A stretch of 63,576 nucleotides of DNA, filler included, from Basidiobolus meristosporus CBS 931.73 (taxonomy: Eukaryota; Fungi; Basidiobolomycota), in the NCBI GenBank assembly GCA_002104905.1. It is 4 parts of 4 records of this genome, joined end to end, with 100 filler letters (N's around TTAATTAATTAA, not from the genome) between each part and the next. Parts side by side here need not be neighbours in the genome. Positions count along the whole stretch, not along the records: positions 54,034 to 63,576 come from MCFE01001323.1; 3 more parts are not named here. The stretch is one strand, 5' to 3'. Shown in pieces: positions 63,394-63,576 of this stretch. The position numbers and the translations under genes were made by a program. The stretch's first letter is position 1; every line of letters begins with the position of its first letter. The notes below the pieces were generated by a model. It was not told where the DNA came from. It saw only the letters and a program-made list of their open reading frames with translations, and made no database searches.

Positions 63394-63576
63394 GGTTAGG
63401 GTTAGGGTTAGGGTTAGGGTTAGGGTTAGGGTTAGGGTTAGGGTTAGGGTTAGGGTTAGGGTTAGGGTTAGGGTTAGGGTTAGGGTTAGGGTTAGGGTTA
63501 GGGTTAGGGTTAGGGTTAGGGTTAGGGTTAGGGTTAGGGTTAGGGTTAGGGTTAGGGTTAGGGTTAGGTTAGGGTT
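63354..63576 (+). repeat. Terminal telomeric (TTAGGG)n
   Basis: About 37 units with single GGGTTTA and GGTTA variants. Confidence 0.98.

Overview
Intron-containing fungal DNA, probably from an early-diverging (zygomycete-grade) fungus; the taxon is inferred from gene content and intron style only. It is four contigs joined by artificial 100-nt N-TTAATTAATTAA-N spacers (12196, 40234, 53934), so adjacency across spacers is not biological. Host genes include a P450, Ugo1-like, RRP12, an MFS transporter, DAHP synthase, a CBM9-like secreted protein, an EamA transporter, three alpha-arrestins, RPL36, aminopeptidase P, VPS4, PRP3 and EBP, plus a Copia family. Two contigs end in (TTAGGG)n telomeres. 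Each telomere is preceded by a head-to-tail array of retroelements, all with the 5' end facing the chromosome end. The array members are: (A) an autonomous APE-RT LINE whose ORF2 has no ATG before the endonuclease motifs and is in frame behind ORF1 across a single TGA-CTA (readthrough signature); (B) an ORF1-only partner with ~101-bp 5' tandem repeats; (C) a tRNA-headed SINE-like element with an internal CCCTAACCCT and four covarying hairpins; and (D) a diverged relic. A, B and C share a 3' TCACC/GGTGA stem-loop and an oligo(C) tail instead of poly(A). Most are joined to the previous truncated element through 1-2 TTAGGG units. This looks like a HeT-A/TART-like terminal retrotransposition system coexisting with telomerase-type repeats.
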